From the IMG/VR virus record IMGVR_UViG_3300046792_000272: a stretch of 64,000 nt of DNA. One strand, given 5' to 3'. Shown piece after piece: positions 55,909-64,000 of the stretch. Numbering within the stretch: the first letter of the stretch is position 1; the number at the start of each line of letters is the position of its first letter. The notes below the pieces were generated by a model that saw only the letters and a program-made list of their open reading frames with translations, was not told where the DNA came from and searched no databases. The stretch comes from an uncultured virus (IMG/VR IMGVR_UViG_3300046792_000272) (taxonomy: Duplodnaviria > Heunggongvirae > Uroviricota > Caudoviricetes). The translations under genes and the position numbers were made by a program.

Positions 55909-56895
55909 CTACAACGCAGCGTCTTCGCTTTTGGTTTCGATTATCAGCGGGGCGTTCACGCCGTTGTCCAGCCCTTTGAACGTGACACTCTGGGTGAGAA
56001 TGTCGGGGCCGCCGACAGCGACCCCCGAGTTCACCTGCTTCGCGGCTTTGATGGTGAAATTGGCTTCGGCTTTGTTGGCGGCCTCGATCGTCTTGCCGGT
56101 GCCGTTCAGCGCCAGTTCCACGATTTCCTCAGAGGTGAACCGGGTGTGGTTCGCGAGGGAGGCGAATTCCAGAGTCGCCCCGACGTCGATCGTCACCTGA
56201 TCGTTCAAGATCGGCTCGAGGATGACCCCGGACTGGCCCAGGTTCATCCGGTCGACGCTCTGCGGGATGCCCACGGTGATCGTGATGTCCCGGACATAGG
56301 CGACTTTGGCGCCGCCGATTTTGACTTCCATCTTTTCGAACACGAACGGATTGAATTCCGCGGCGTAGGCGGCGACGGCCAGCGCTTCCCCGGTTTTCTC
56401 ATCGATGCCGATGATCGAAGGGGTGATCATCAGCGTCCCGCCGGCGGCGACGGCGAAGGTGATCGAGGCGATCTTGCAGCCGACATAGGAGAAGGGCTGC
56501 ACCGTGTTGGCGGTGTCGGGGCGGCCGACCTGGATCGTCAGCGCCTTGCCGTAAGGGTCTTTGCCCGCTTTCCCGATTTCGTGTTTCTGTTTGTAGGTTT
56601 TGGTTTCGGATTTTTCCGGGGTGACGACGTTGCCGTGCAGCAGGTTGAGGATTTTCCCCATCCCGGTGTCGAGGAACTCCATCGAGAAGGGGCCCGCCAC
56701 TGTTCGCGTGGTCGCCTTATGGAGACCCTGGGCCTGCACCTGGGCACCGGCCCGCAGGCCCTTGCTCTCGACGTAGTTCTTCGTCAGTTCCAGCCCCTCG
56801 TTCTCGAAGGGCAGGAAGGTCGTCGGAGCTTTGTAGGTCCCGACCGTTTCCTCGGTCGCGATGCCGAGCTGAGAGCTGATCCCTGATCTGGTCAT
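55909..56895 (-). CDS. Major tail tube protein
   Basis: SQLG.A.E...GT, TIQVGRP, Y.GCKI motifs of actinophage tail tubes. Confidence 0.85.
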   Translation of the reverse strand: MTRSGISSQLGIATEETVGTYKAPTTFLPFENEGLELTKNYVESKGLRAGAQVQAQGLHKATTRTVAGPFSMEFLDTGMGKILNLLHGNVVTPEKSETKTYKQKHEIGKAGKDPYGKALTIQVGRPDTANTVQPFSYVGCKIASITFAVAAGGTLMITPSIIGIDEKTGEALAVAAYAAEFNPFVFEKMEVKIGGAKVAYVRDITITVGIPQSVDRMNLGQSGVILEPILNDQVTIDVGATLEFASLANHTRFTSEEIVELALNGTGKTIEAANKAEANFTIKAAKQVNSGVAVGGPDILTQSVTFKGLDNGVNAPLIIETKSEDAAL

Positions 56896-57189
56896 TTACT
56901 TCGTCTCCTTCTCGGATTCGGCGGCCTCGATCGCGTCGATGACCTCTTGCTTGTTTGCGAGCTTGTCTGGCGACTCGACACCGAGCTCGGCCGCCCTGGC
57001 CTCGAGGTCGCCGCGCTTCAGCTTGCTCAGGGCCTCCGGCTCGCCCAACACGCCGTCGACGTCGGTCCAGTCCTGGTCGACCAGCTGCTTGCCGAGCTCC
57101 GGGTTGACCTCGACCGACTCGTCGCGCTCGACAACGGTTCCGTCGGGGAGCACCAGGGCCGAGGGGCCCTCTGTGAATTTCACCTTCAT
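56896..57189 (-). CDS. Small protein with Rho_N/HeH-like C-terminus
   Basis: LSKLKR.DL...A.ELGV......KQE.IDAI. Confidence 0.65.
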   Translation of the reverse strand: MKVKFTEGPSALVLPDGTVVERDESVEVNPELGKQLVDQDWTDVDGVLGEPEALSKLKRGDLEARAAELGVESPDKLANKQEVIDAIEAAESEKETK

Positions 57190-57209
57190 GGAAAGCCTCC
57201 TTGGGCGGG

Positions 57210-57662
57210 TTAGATTCGGGCTTGTGCCGTCAGCGTCAGAAAGACGCGGTGGCCGCGTACTTTGTCTGCGCGGAAGTAGCGCCCGCGCCAGCGAGACAGG
57301 CGAGCTGGGAGCAGCAACAGATCGCCGAGGGTGATGTCCGCACGGATCGCCGCCTCGACGTCCGCGGCGATTTCAAAGGATCGGGTGTAAGCCCCCTTCA
57401 GATCGGTGCCGTCGTGGCCCGATGACTCCACCTGGAGCTCGATCGTCAGGTCCTCCTCGAGCTGGCCGGCACCGATCGGCCCCCAATTCCGTTCGGCATC
57501 GCCGCTCTCTCCATTGGGCCCGAAGCCGACCGAGACGAACTCGGCGGGCCGGTCGTCGCCCACGGGCGGCCCCCAGATGACGGGGATGCCTTTGAGCGGT
57601 GCAGCTGCTTCCAGAGTTTTCTGCAGTTTCTCGGTGACCCGTTCGAGCGCTGAGTCGGCCAT
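57210..57662 (-). CDS. Tail terminator-like protein
   Basis: Position; IRADITLG motif. Confidence 0.65.
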   Translation of the reverse strand: MADSALERVTEKLQKTLEAAAPLKGIPVIWGPPVGDDRPAEFVSVGFGPNGESGDAERNWGPIGAGQLEEDLTIELQVESSGHDGTDLKGAYTRSFEIAADVEAAIRADITLGDLLLLPARLSRWRGRYFRADKVRGHRVFLTLTAQARI

Positions 57663-58487
57663 CTAGTAGATCCCCCCGAACTGGTTGGCCTCGAGGAAGG
57701 CATTCACCTCAGGAATGGCGGTGACCATGCCCCGCACCCCCGGGGTGATCAGCGCGTAGGTCGCCTCTTCGGTGCTGTAGGCCGTGGCGCGGTCATCGAG
57801 GTTCGAGAGCCGCTTGACCGCGATATGGCGCGCCAGTAGGGCGCAGGCCCGCGCAGCCCCCGCCGGCGGGGAGGGGAAGCCGTGCTCGTAGATCGCTACG
57901 ACGTTCTGCGGGGTCGTGGTGGTCCAGCCCTGTTCGCGCCAGATCACCCCGCCGGCCGGGTAGAGCCTCAGGTCCCCGATCGTCAGGGCTTCCCCTTCAA
58001 GCGACACCGACCGCAGGCTGATGACTTTCGGATGGGAGAGCCGCAGCTTCTGCACCCCACTCCCGTCGAGGGTCTCGCGGGCATAGCGGGGCCGGAAGGC
58101 AACATCGCTTTCGTCTTCGAGCAGATACTCAGCGATGTCCCGGGCGATCCTCAGTTTTTCGTCGGTGAGGACTTCGGAGCCGCTGATCTCTTCTGTGACC
58201 TGCGCGAAGGAACAGAGGCGGGCGCCGACGATCTCCTCGTAGGTGGTGAAGGTCGAAGGGCCCGCTTTCCAGGTGGCCGTGAGCCGGTCGAGGGAGCCCT
58301 GGGCGGCGAGTTCGTAAGTGGCGATCCCGTTTTCGTCGGTTTTCCCCGCTCCCGCTTCGTTGACCACCGTCGACCCGTCGGAGTCCTTGACGATCGTGAC
58401 TTTGACGGCCGTTTCTTTGGGGACAGGTCTGCCATCCGCGTCCGTGATCAGCGCACGGATATTGGTCGGGACCCCCTTGAGGACCAT
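57663..58487 (-). CDS. Head-tail adaptor with N-terminal Ig-like domain
   Basis: E.LDGSG...L.L...V..L.SV, Y.HG...PP. Confidence 0.7.
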   Translation of the reverse strand: MVLKGVPTNIRALITDADGRPVPKETAVKVTIVKDSDGSTVVNEAGAGKTDENGIATYELAAQGSLDRLTATWKAGPSTFTTYEEIVGARLCSFAQVTEEISGSEVLTDEKLRIARDIAEYLLEDESDVAFRPRYARETLDGSGVQKLRLSHPKVISLRSVSLEGEALTIGDLRLYPAGGVIWREQGWTTTTPQNVVAIYEHGFPSPPAGAARACALLARHIAVKRLSNLDDRATAYSTEEATYALITPGVRGMVTAIPEVNAFLEANQFGGIY

Positions 58488-58493
58488 GGATGG

Positions 58494-58787
58494 TTAGCCC
58501 TTCTTGTTTTTCGCCGCGGCCCGCTGCTTGTTTTTCGCCGCGCTGCGCTTCTTCGCCGGTTTCTTCGCCGGTTTGCGCTTCTCGGCAGGCTTCGGAGCCT
58601 TCTTCGGGCTCGCGCTGCCCTGCTTATCCGCGACCTTTGGGGCCTGCTTGTGCTCCTGCCCAGCTTCAACGAAGCCGAGCTCAGCGGCGGTGTCCAGATC
58701 CACCTCTTTCGGATACATGGCCTCCGGGTCTCCAGCAGGGACAACGGTCCCATCATCGGTGACCCAGACCAGCAGCGAGTCGCCCAT
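58494..58787 (-). CDS. Small protein with Lys/Ala-rich basic tail
   Basis: PAKKPAKK repeats; TGATG overlap. Confidence 0.65.
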   Translation of the reverse strand: MGDSLLVWVTDDGTVVPAGDPEAMYPKEVDLDTAAELGFVEAGQEHKQAPKVADKQGSASPKKAPKPAEKRKPAKKPAKKRSAAKNKQRAAAKNKKG

Positions 58788-59212
58788 CAGGCGATGTCGA
58801 GGTACTCGACGACCACCGTGAACTTGCCGGCGGTGAGGGCGGCTGTGCCGATTTTCGCCACGATGCTGCGAGCGGCGGTGGTGGTGATCGGTGTGCTGGT
58901 CGCGGTCACCGCCCCACGCTTCGGCGTCGCGGTCGACCAGGGGGCTTCCGCCACTTTTTTCGACGCCTGCACGTCGCCTTCGGACTCGGCGGTGATGAGG
59001 ATCGTCGCTTCCCCGCCGGATTCCGGTTTGGTCTGGACGTGGATCAGCGTGTCGATGATCACGGCACCTTTGGGGATCGTGTCCCCGCGGAGCGTGATCG
59101 ACCCGACTTCTTTGGAGTCGATGGCGCTGTCGTACTGGGCAACAGCCCGCTTCGATGTGGCGCGGCCAAGCCGCCCGACACCGAGCTTGTTGGTTTCCTC
59201 GATGACTGTCAT
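58787..59212 (-). CDS. Putative capsid decoration protein
   Basis: IP.GAVI and LTAGKFTVVVEY; follows the MCP. Confidence 0.6.
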   Translation of the reverse strand: MTVIEETNKLGVGRLGRATSKRAVAQYDSAIDSKEVGSITLRGDTIPKGAVIIDTLIHVQTKPESGGEATILITAESEGDVQASKKVAEAPWSTATPKRGAVTATSTPITTTAARSIVAKIGTAALTAGKFTVVVEYLDIA

Positions 59213-59304
59213 TCAGGGAACTCCTTTCGAGCCGGGACCGGCAGCTCTGCCGGTCAGGAACCGCAGCGGGGAGCCGCCCGAAGGCGACCCCCCGTTCAGC
59301 GTTC

Positions 59305-60531
59305 CTAGATTTCGGTGACCTTGCAGAGCGCGGTGCCGCGGTAGACCACGAGCGCCACGCGGATCGAGCACCGGACCGCCTGCTTGCCTTTCACGAAGAA
59401 GTCTTCGTGAGAGTTCGAGACGAGCAGCTCGATGCCCCGGCGCGTCACCAGTTCCGTGTAGTTGGCGATGTCGCCAACCAATGCGGTGTTTTCGGTGATC
59501 GCGTCGGTCTGGACGATCGGCAGGCCCCAGATCCGTTCCGGGCCTATTTCCGAGGGGTTGCCCCAGATGTAGATGCCCTGTTCGGTCCGGAGCAGACGGA
59601 TCTGCTGCCAGTCGTTGGGGTGGATGTAGACGACGCTCGGCACGGCGCGGCCGGTGACCCGGACCTTGACCATGCCTTTGTAGATCGCGTCGGGCGAGGG
59701 GTCCGCACCTTTGGCCTGGGTCTGGACGCCAGTGGCTTCCAGAAAGCCTTTCAGGTTCGGATTGGCCCCGTTGCCGACCAGGATCTGTTCGTCGAGCCGC
59801 TGCCTGACCATGAAGGGCAGGCGCCGGTTGATGTAGCCCTGTGCCTGGGCGACATCTTCGAGCTGCTCATCGGTGACGGGCAGGAACACCGGGATCTTGC
59901 GAACCGGGCTTTCCGCCACCGCGAGTTTGAGGGCGGCTTCCGGGAAAGCTTCCCCCTCTTTTTTCTCGGCCGCGGCGTTCGTGAAGGTCGTCTCTTCCAT
60001 GAACTTCACGACCGGCATCGTTGTGCTGCCCGCGGGCACGGTGTCGATCACCTGAATCGGCCGGGTGGCCTTGTCGATGACGACTCCCGTGCGGAGCGAC
60101 TCCGGTTCCCACCCTGCTCCGGTTTCGAACAGAGCCTTGGTCTCGAAGTCCTCCATCGAGATCTCGCGGCCCTTCAGCTCGCCGCCGACCTTGGACTCGA
60201 TGAACTGCTCGCCGAGCGACTTCTGCTCGCCGCCGCCGTCGCCGTCCTTCTCGGGGAGGGGATGGCCGTTCTTCTCGGCGAACTCCTCGGCGTGCCGCTT
60301 GCCGCGCTCGAGCTCCGCGTACTCGTCCTCGAGCGGCTGGAGCTTCTCGCCGATCTCGGAGAGCTCGTCGTTGAGGGCTTTGATCTTCGCCGCCTTCGCA
60401 GCGTCGTCGCCCTCGATGCACTTCACCTTCGAGGTGTCGAGCTCCGGGCCGGCCTGCTCGAAGATCTCGTGGAGCTGCTTGCGCCGCTCCTCGGCCTGAC
60501 CCCGAAACTCTTTCAGCTTCGCAGTGTCCAT
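59305..60531 (-). CDS. Major capsid protein (HK97 family, with delta domain)
   Basis: EG...PE, V.DE.LED, IL.GNG, HP.DW, IWGLPIV. Confidence 0.92.
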   Translation of the reverse strand: MDTAKLKEFRGQAEERRKQLHEIFEQAGPELDTSKVKCIEGDDAAKAAKIKALNDELSEIGEKLQPLEDEYAELERGKRHAEEFAEKNGHPLPEKDGDGGGEQKSLGEQFIESKVGGELKGREISMEDFETKALFETGAGWEPESLRTGVVIDKATRPIQVIDTVPAGSTTMPVVKFMEETTFTNAAAEKKEGEAFPEAALKLAVAESPVRKIPVFLPVTDEQLEDVAQAQGYINRRLPFMVRQRLDEQILVGNGANPNLKGFLEATGVQTQAKGADPSPDAIYKGMVKVRVTGRAVPSVVYIHPNDWQQIRLLRTEQGIYIWGNPSEIGPERIWGLPIVQTDAITENTALVGDIANYTELVTRRGIELLVSNSHEDFFVKGKQAVRCSIRVALVVYRGTALCKVTEI

Positions 60532-60549
60532 GGTGTGGACTCCTCCTGG

Positions 60550-61527
60550 TTAGATGGACTGGGCCGCGAAGCGCAGGTACTCATGCGCGAGCGACTCAGC
60601 CTCGGTGTTCTGTGGGTCAGCCTCCGGAGTCAGGACTTCCTGCAGGCTGGTAAGGCTGGACTCGACCTCGGCCAGAAGCTCCTTGGAGCCGTTGCCGAGG
60701 CCTTTGCCCTCTTTCGCTCGCAGCGCCTTGACGTCTGCGACGCGGGTACTGAGTCCATCGACGGCGCTCTTGACCGCTTCGATGTGACGCTTGAACTGCA
60801 AGGTCTGCCCCGACTTCGGGGTGTAGGTGGTGACACGCTCGACTTCGATCAGCTGCTCGCCGAGGGTGATTTCGTCGTCGGTCTGGGAGTAGGAGACGCT
60901 GTAGAGATCCCAGTCGGTGCCATCCCAGACTTCGTAGATGACGAAGCCGTTGTCGGTGTCGAAGTCAGCGACATAGACGCGATTCTGTTCGCCGCCACCG
61001 CTATTGAAGCGCTCTTCGCCTGCCTCCTGGAGGTCTTCGCGGAGATCGGATTGGAGCTGCTTGGCCCCCTTCACGGCAAGAGTGCGGGTGTCCACCCCGG
61101 CGCCGAGGATGACCGGGGAGACCTCGTGGACCTTGAGGCTCTTCAGGTAGCGGACGGACTCGCCGTCCTTGGTGCCCTTTTCGGAGTCGACCACGTCGTA
61201 GCCGTAGCTCCATTCCTGCAACTCGCCCAGCTGCTTGACGACCTCGAAGGTGTCGGCGCCGGCGGTGGTGTCGAGGAAGAACTGCCCCTTCAGCACGGCG
61301 ATGTCGCCGGTCTCGGTGATCGTCCCCTTGCCGACCGGGAGCGCTCCGTCCCAGGACTTGTGGTTGTAGGCGCTGATCCGGACCTCGGCGCCATCCTCGA
61401 AGGCGCCCTTCAGGGTCACGTCGCCGTCTGAGTCCTTGACATCCAGCGTCGCGAAGATGGCTTCGACCTCGCCCTTCGTGGCGTCGGTGATCTTCAGCCC
61501 CGTGAGGGCCTTGTGCTTGCGGTCCAT
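60550..61527 (-). CDS. Prohead maturation protease (HK97 family)
   Basis: D.DGDV..KGAF, YNH, WSYGY, EVSPV.LGA. Confidence 0.9.
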   Translation of the reverse strand: MDRKHKALTGLKITDATKGEVEAIFATLDVKDSDGDVTLKGAFEDGAEVRISAYNHKSWDGALPVGKGTITETGDIAVLKGQFFLDTTAGADTFEVVKQLGELQEWSYGYDVVDSEKGTKDGESVRYLKSLKVHEVSPVILGAGVDTRTLAVKGAKQLQSDLREDLQEAGEERFNSGGGEQNRVYVADFDTDNGFVIYEVWDGTDWDLYSVSYSQTDDEITLGEQLIEVERVTTYTPKSGQTLQFKRHIEAVKSAVDGLSTRVADVKALRAKEGKGLGNGSKELLAEVESSLTSLQEVLTPEADPQNTEAESLAHEYLRFAAQSI

Positions 61528-61539
61528 CTGGGCGTCCTC

Positions 61540-62694
61540 CTATTCGGACGGTGGCGGTGGCGGGATGACGGGGGGGAGTTCGGGCGCCTGGGGGGAGTCG
61601 AGCCCTTGAAGGTTCTCTTTGGCGCGAACATCGTCGACCGTGAGGAAGCCCGATTTGATTGCCCGTTCATAGGCTTCGTAACGCGATTTCAGGTCGGCAC
61701 GGAGGAGCCCGTCGACCAGGTACTCGCAGAACAGCTTGCGGCTGGTGATGATTGCCCGGTCACGGTTGAGCGCCGACTCGATCCGTTTCAATCGGCGCTG
61801 CAGGGTGTAGGTGACGAACTGGAGATTCTCTGACTCAGTGGTTTTGTAGGTCAGCGAGTCGCCGGACTTCGTGCCGAGGCGGCCGGGCGGCACCAGGAAC
61901 ATCTGCGCCACCCGTTTGTCGGAGAACTCCATCTGTTCGATGAACTGGGCGTCCTCCAGCGGCATCGTCCAGGGTTTGGCCGTGATCCCTTCCTCGAGGA
62001 CAGCGGTGCCGCCGCTTTTGATCGAATCCCAGTTGGCGCGGAGGCGGTCGGCAATCTCCGGTTTCAGCTTGTTCGGGTGTTCGAGCAGAACCGCGGGTTT
62101 GCCCTCGTTCTTCAGCCAGGTGCCCTGGAAGCGCTCCATTGCCTGGGTGATGCCGACCTGGTTGCGGTGCAGCTGGATCGGCGAGTAGCCCACCAGCCCG
62201 TCCATCGAGAGTGCCCGAATGTGAAGAATCTCGTTTTCGGTGTAGCGGTTGCCTTCGATCCAGAAGCCACGGGAGCCGTCTTCTTCGCGGCTCACTCTCA
62301 CCCGGCTCGGCGCGATCGCCCAGAGCTGCCCCGCTACCGCTTCCAGATCGGGGTCGGGCTTCTTCCAGATGAAGGCGTTGCCCCAGAGCTCGATGTGCGA
62401 GCCGGCCAATTCCCAGAACTCGTCGGCCGCCATCTCGGGATTCGGCTGTTCATGGAGCAGATGCCAGGCGGCATCGTCTTCGGCGGGCTTGCGGAATTGC
62501 CCCTCGCGTTCGTAGACCATCAGCGGCAAGCTGGCGATTGCCCCCGCGATCTGGCTCACGGCGTTGTAGACAGGGACCAAACCCAGGGCCCGTTCGACGC
62601 TGACCGTCTCTCCGGTGTAGGTCGTGCCGGCCCAACTCCAGCCATACTGGCGTGGCCCGTAGACCGGGCCGAAGATCGTCTGGAAGAAGCTCAT
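61540..62694 (-). CDS. Portal protein (HK97 family)
   Basis: IA..IASLPL, PNPEM, L.GNAF, ILHIR, G.SPI, DAQFIE. Confidence 0.93.
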   Translation of the reverse strand: MSFFQTIFGPVYGPRQYGWSWAGTTYTGETVSVERALGLVPVYNAVSQIAGAIASLPLMVYEREGQFRKPAEDDAAWHLLHEQPNPEMAADEFWELAGSHIELWGNAFIWKKPDPDLEAVAGQLWAIAPSRVRVSREEDGSRGFWIEGNRYTENEILHIRALSMDGLVGYSPIQLHRNQVGITQAMERFQGTWLKNEGKPAVLLEHPNKLKPEIADRLRANWDSIKSGGTAVLEEGITAKPWTMPLEDAQFIEQMEFSDKRVAQMFLVPPGRLGTKSGDSLTYKTTESENLQFVTYTLQRRLKRIESALNRDRAIITSRKLFCEYLVDGLLRADLKSRYEAYERAIKSGFLTVDDVRAKENLQGLDSPQAPELPPVIPPPPPSE

Positions 62695-62855
62695 CGACGC
62701 CTACCGGCGAGGAACGGCAGGACCATGAGTACGACGCCGGCCAGGATCAGGGCGGCGGGGCCGCTCACCCGCGACACTCCGGTCGTCAGCAAGATGAAGC
62801 CGATGCCGAACGCAATCGAGTCCGCCTCGCCGGCCAAAGCGCGAAGCGCCCTCAC
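62691..62855 (-). CDS. Small two-TM protein between terL and portal
   Basis: GTGA and ATGA overlaps on both sides. Confidence 0.6.
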   Translation of the reverse strand: MRALRALAGEADSIAFGIGFILLTTGVSRVSGPAALILAGVVLMVLPFLAGRRR

Positions 62856-64000
62856 AGGACCACCATGTCGCGATCGTCGTAGACCGACCCTCGATCCAAG
62901 GCGTCCGAGTTGAAAGCAACCTCCCACGCACAGCCTGTCGCCATCACACCGTCCACCTTTCCTTTGACCTTGCCGTGCAATCGCTCGCCGTGGGGCGAGT
63001 CCTTCGTTTCGGCGGCCTGGAAGTGCGCGCGAAGTCTTTGATCGCCGTCGTTCCGCATCCGGCCTTCGCGGATTGCCGCGAGCATCTCGGCGGTAAGCGG
63101 TCCCCAGACGCTTGAGTTCATCGACACCGAGACCATCGGCAGGCCCTCGTCCTCGAGCTGCTCGGCCGACTCGGCGAATCCGCCGAGCTTGTCGTAGCCG
63201 ATCGCCATGACCGTCCACCGCTCGCAGGCGTCCCGCATCGCCTGCTTGATCTTCCAGTAGGGAACGACGCCGCTCTCTTCATCCTCCGGCACCCACATTT
63301 CGACGGGCACGACCAGGCCCCGGGGCTCTTCAGAGGAGAGGTCGAGATCCGGATCCGGATACAGGGCCTCGAGTGCAGCGTGGTCGCGATGGCGCGCATG
63401 GTCGTAGCCGAGAATCACCGTCGCCCCGTCGGGGATCTTGGCCTTGTGATCGGTGAACGGGTCCCACTCCTTCTCGACGTCGAGCCAGCGACCCTCCGGC
63501 ACCGCCCATAGCCCGCAGTGATAGCGCTTCCAATCTGCGGTGGTGGTCTCCGGATCCTCGAAGACCTCCTTCAACCCCTCGACGGTGACGAAGCTCGCTG
63601 GGTTCGCCTTCTTCACCACCGCCATGTCGGCGATGTCGGCCTTCTCTCCGACCGACCATTCGAGCATCGCGAACTGGCCATCTTCAGAGCGGACCAGCGT
63701 GAGGCAATCCCGTGCGATCTTGTGCGCCATCCGCCGGGCTTTGTCGAGAATCCGGCCGAGCAGAGAGTCCTTGTCAGAGCCCGCCGTCGAGATGCTCAGC
63801 ATCTGACCGCCGCGCTTGTTGAGGCCGCCTCGGCAGGCGGTGTAGATCGCGTTGTTGATGTGGGCGTGGAGCTCCTCGATGATCGCCAGCGTCGGGCCGA
63901 TCCCCTGCAAGGAGCCGGCATCGAGTTTGTCCGAGGCCAGGACCTCGAGGGAGCCCTTGGCCTCGCCGCCGGCGAAGTGGATCGCCCGGTAGCCCGGGCG
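62852..64000 (-). CDS. terL: Terminase large subunit (start lies beyond the right window edge)
   Basis: IEELH Walker B, ISTAG, KANP, KVDG. Confidence 0.9.
   Translation of the reverse strand, partial: RPGYRAIHFAGGEAKGSLEVLASDKLDAGSLQGIGPTLAIIEELHAHINNAIYTACRGGLNKRGGQMLSISTAGSDKDSLLGRILDKARRMAHKIARDCLTLVRSEDGQFAMLEWSVGEKADIADMAVVKKANPASFVTVEGLKEVFEDPETTTADWKRYHCGLWAVPEGRWLDVEKEWDPFTDHKAKIPDGATVILGYDHARHRDHAALEALYPDPDLDLSSEEPRGLVVPVEMWVPEDEESGVVPYWKIKQAMRDACERWTVMAIGYDKLGGFAESAEQLEDEGLPMVSVSMNSSVWGPLTAEMLAAIREGRMRNDGDQRLRAHFQAAETKDSPHGERLHGKVKGKVDGVMATGCAWEVAFNSDALDRGSVYDDRDMVVL

Larger units (their letters stand above)
44328..64000 (-). mobile_element. Second prophage morphogenesis module (HK97-type head, non-contractile tail), continuing beyond the window
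   Basis: TerL, portal, prohead protease, capsid, tail tube, 1122-aa tape measure; no sheath or baseplate wedge genes. Confidence 0.85.

Noticed and set aside
59407..61431. Long plus-strand ORFs opposite structural genes (also 8616..10103, 10621..11970, 42678..44285, 57882..59318)
   Set aside because: Expected antisense ORFs of high-GC coding DNA; the minus-strand frames carry the phage motifs.

Overview
The whole window is high-GC temperate-phage DNA, almost all on the minus strand, and I see no host housekeeping genes. It holds two different virion-morphogenesis modules in tandem. The left module (about 3.1-25.1 kb) is a contractile-tail (myovirus-type) set: terminase, SPP1-type portal, scaffold, capsid, sheath, tube, tape measure and baseplate. 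The right module (about 45.2 kb to beyond 64 kb) is an HK97-type head with a non-contractile (siphovirus-type) tail. Each module ends in a near-identical secreted endolysin, and the two copies are exactly 43,057 bp apart with no net indel. Between the modules lie an HNH gene, an initiator-type tRNA-Met, a helicase/methyltransferase pair, a SigH-like sigma factor, a large serine recombinase set antisense inside the early operon, a replication module with iterons, and a cI/cro switch. The most unusual items are: a stand-alone FlgM-like anti-sigma-28 domain in the lysis operon; a 76-nt RNA shaped like the tRNA-like domain of tmRNA or tRNA-Ala without any mRNA-like domain; GH26 glycosidase domains fused to different virion tip proteins in the two modules; and a secreted protein that seems to need an AUC start codon. 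A motile, high-GC, monoderm actinobacterial host such as Thermoleophilia is my inference only. All calls come from reading motifs by eye; no searches were run.
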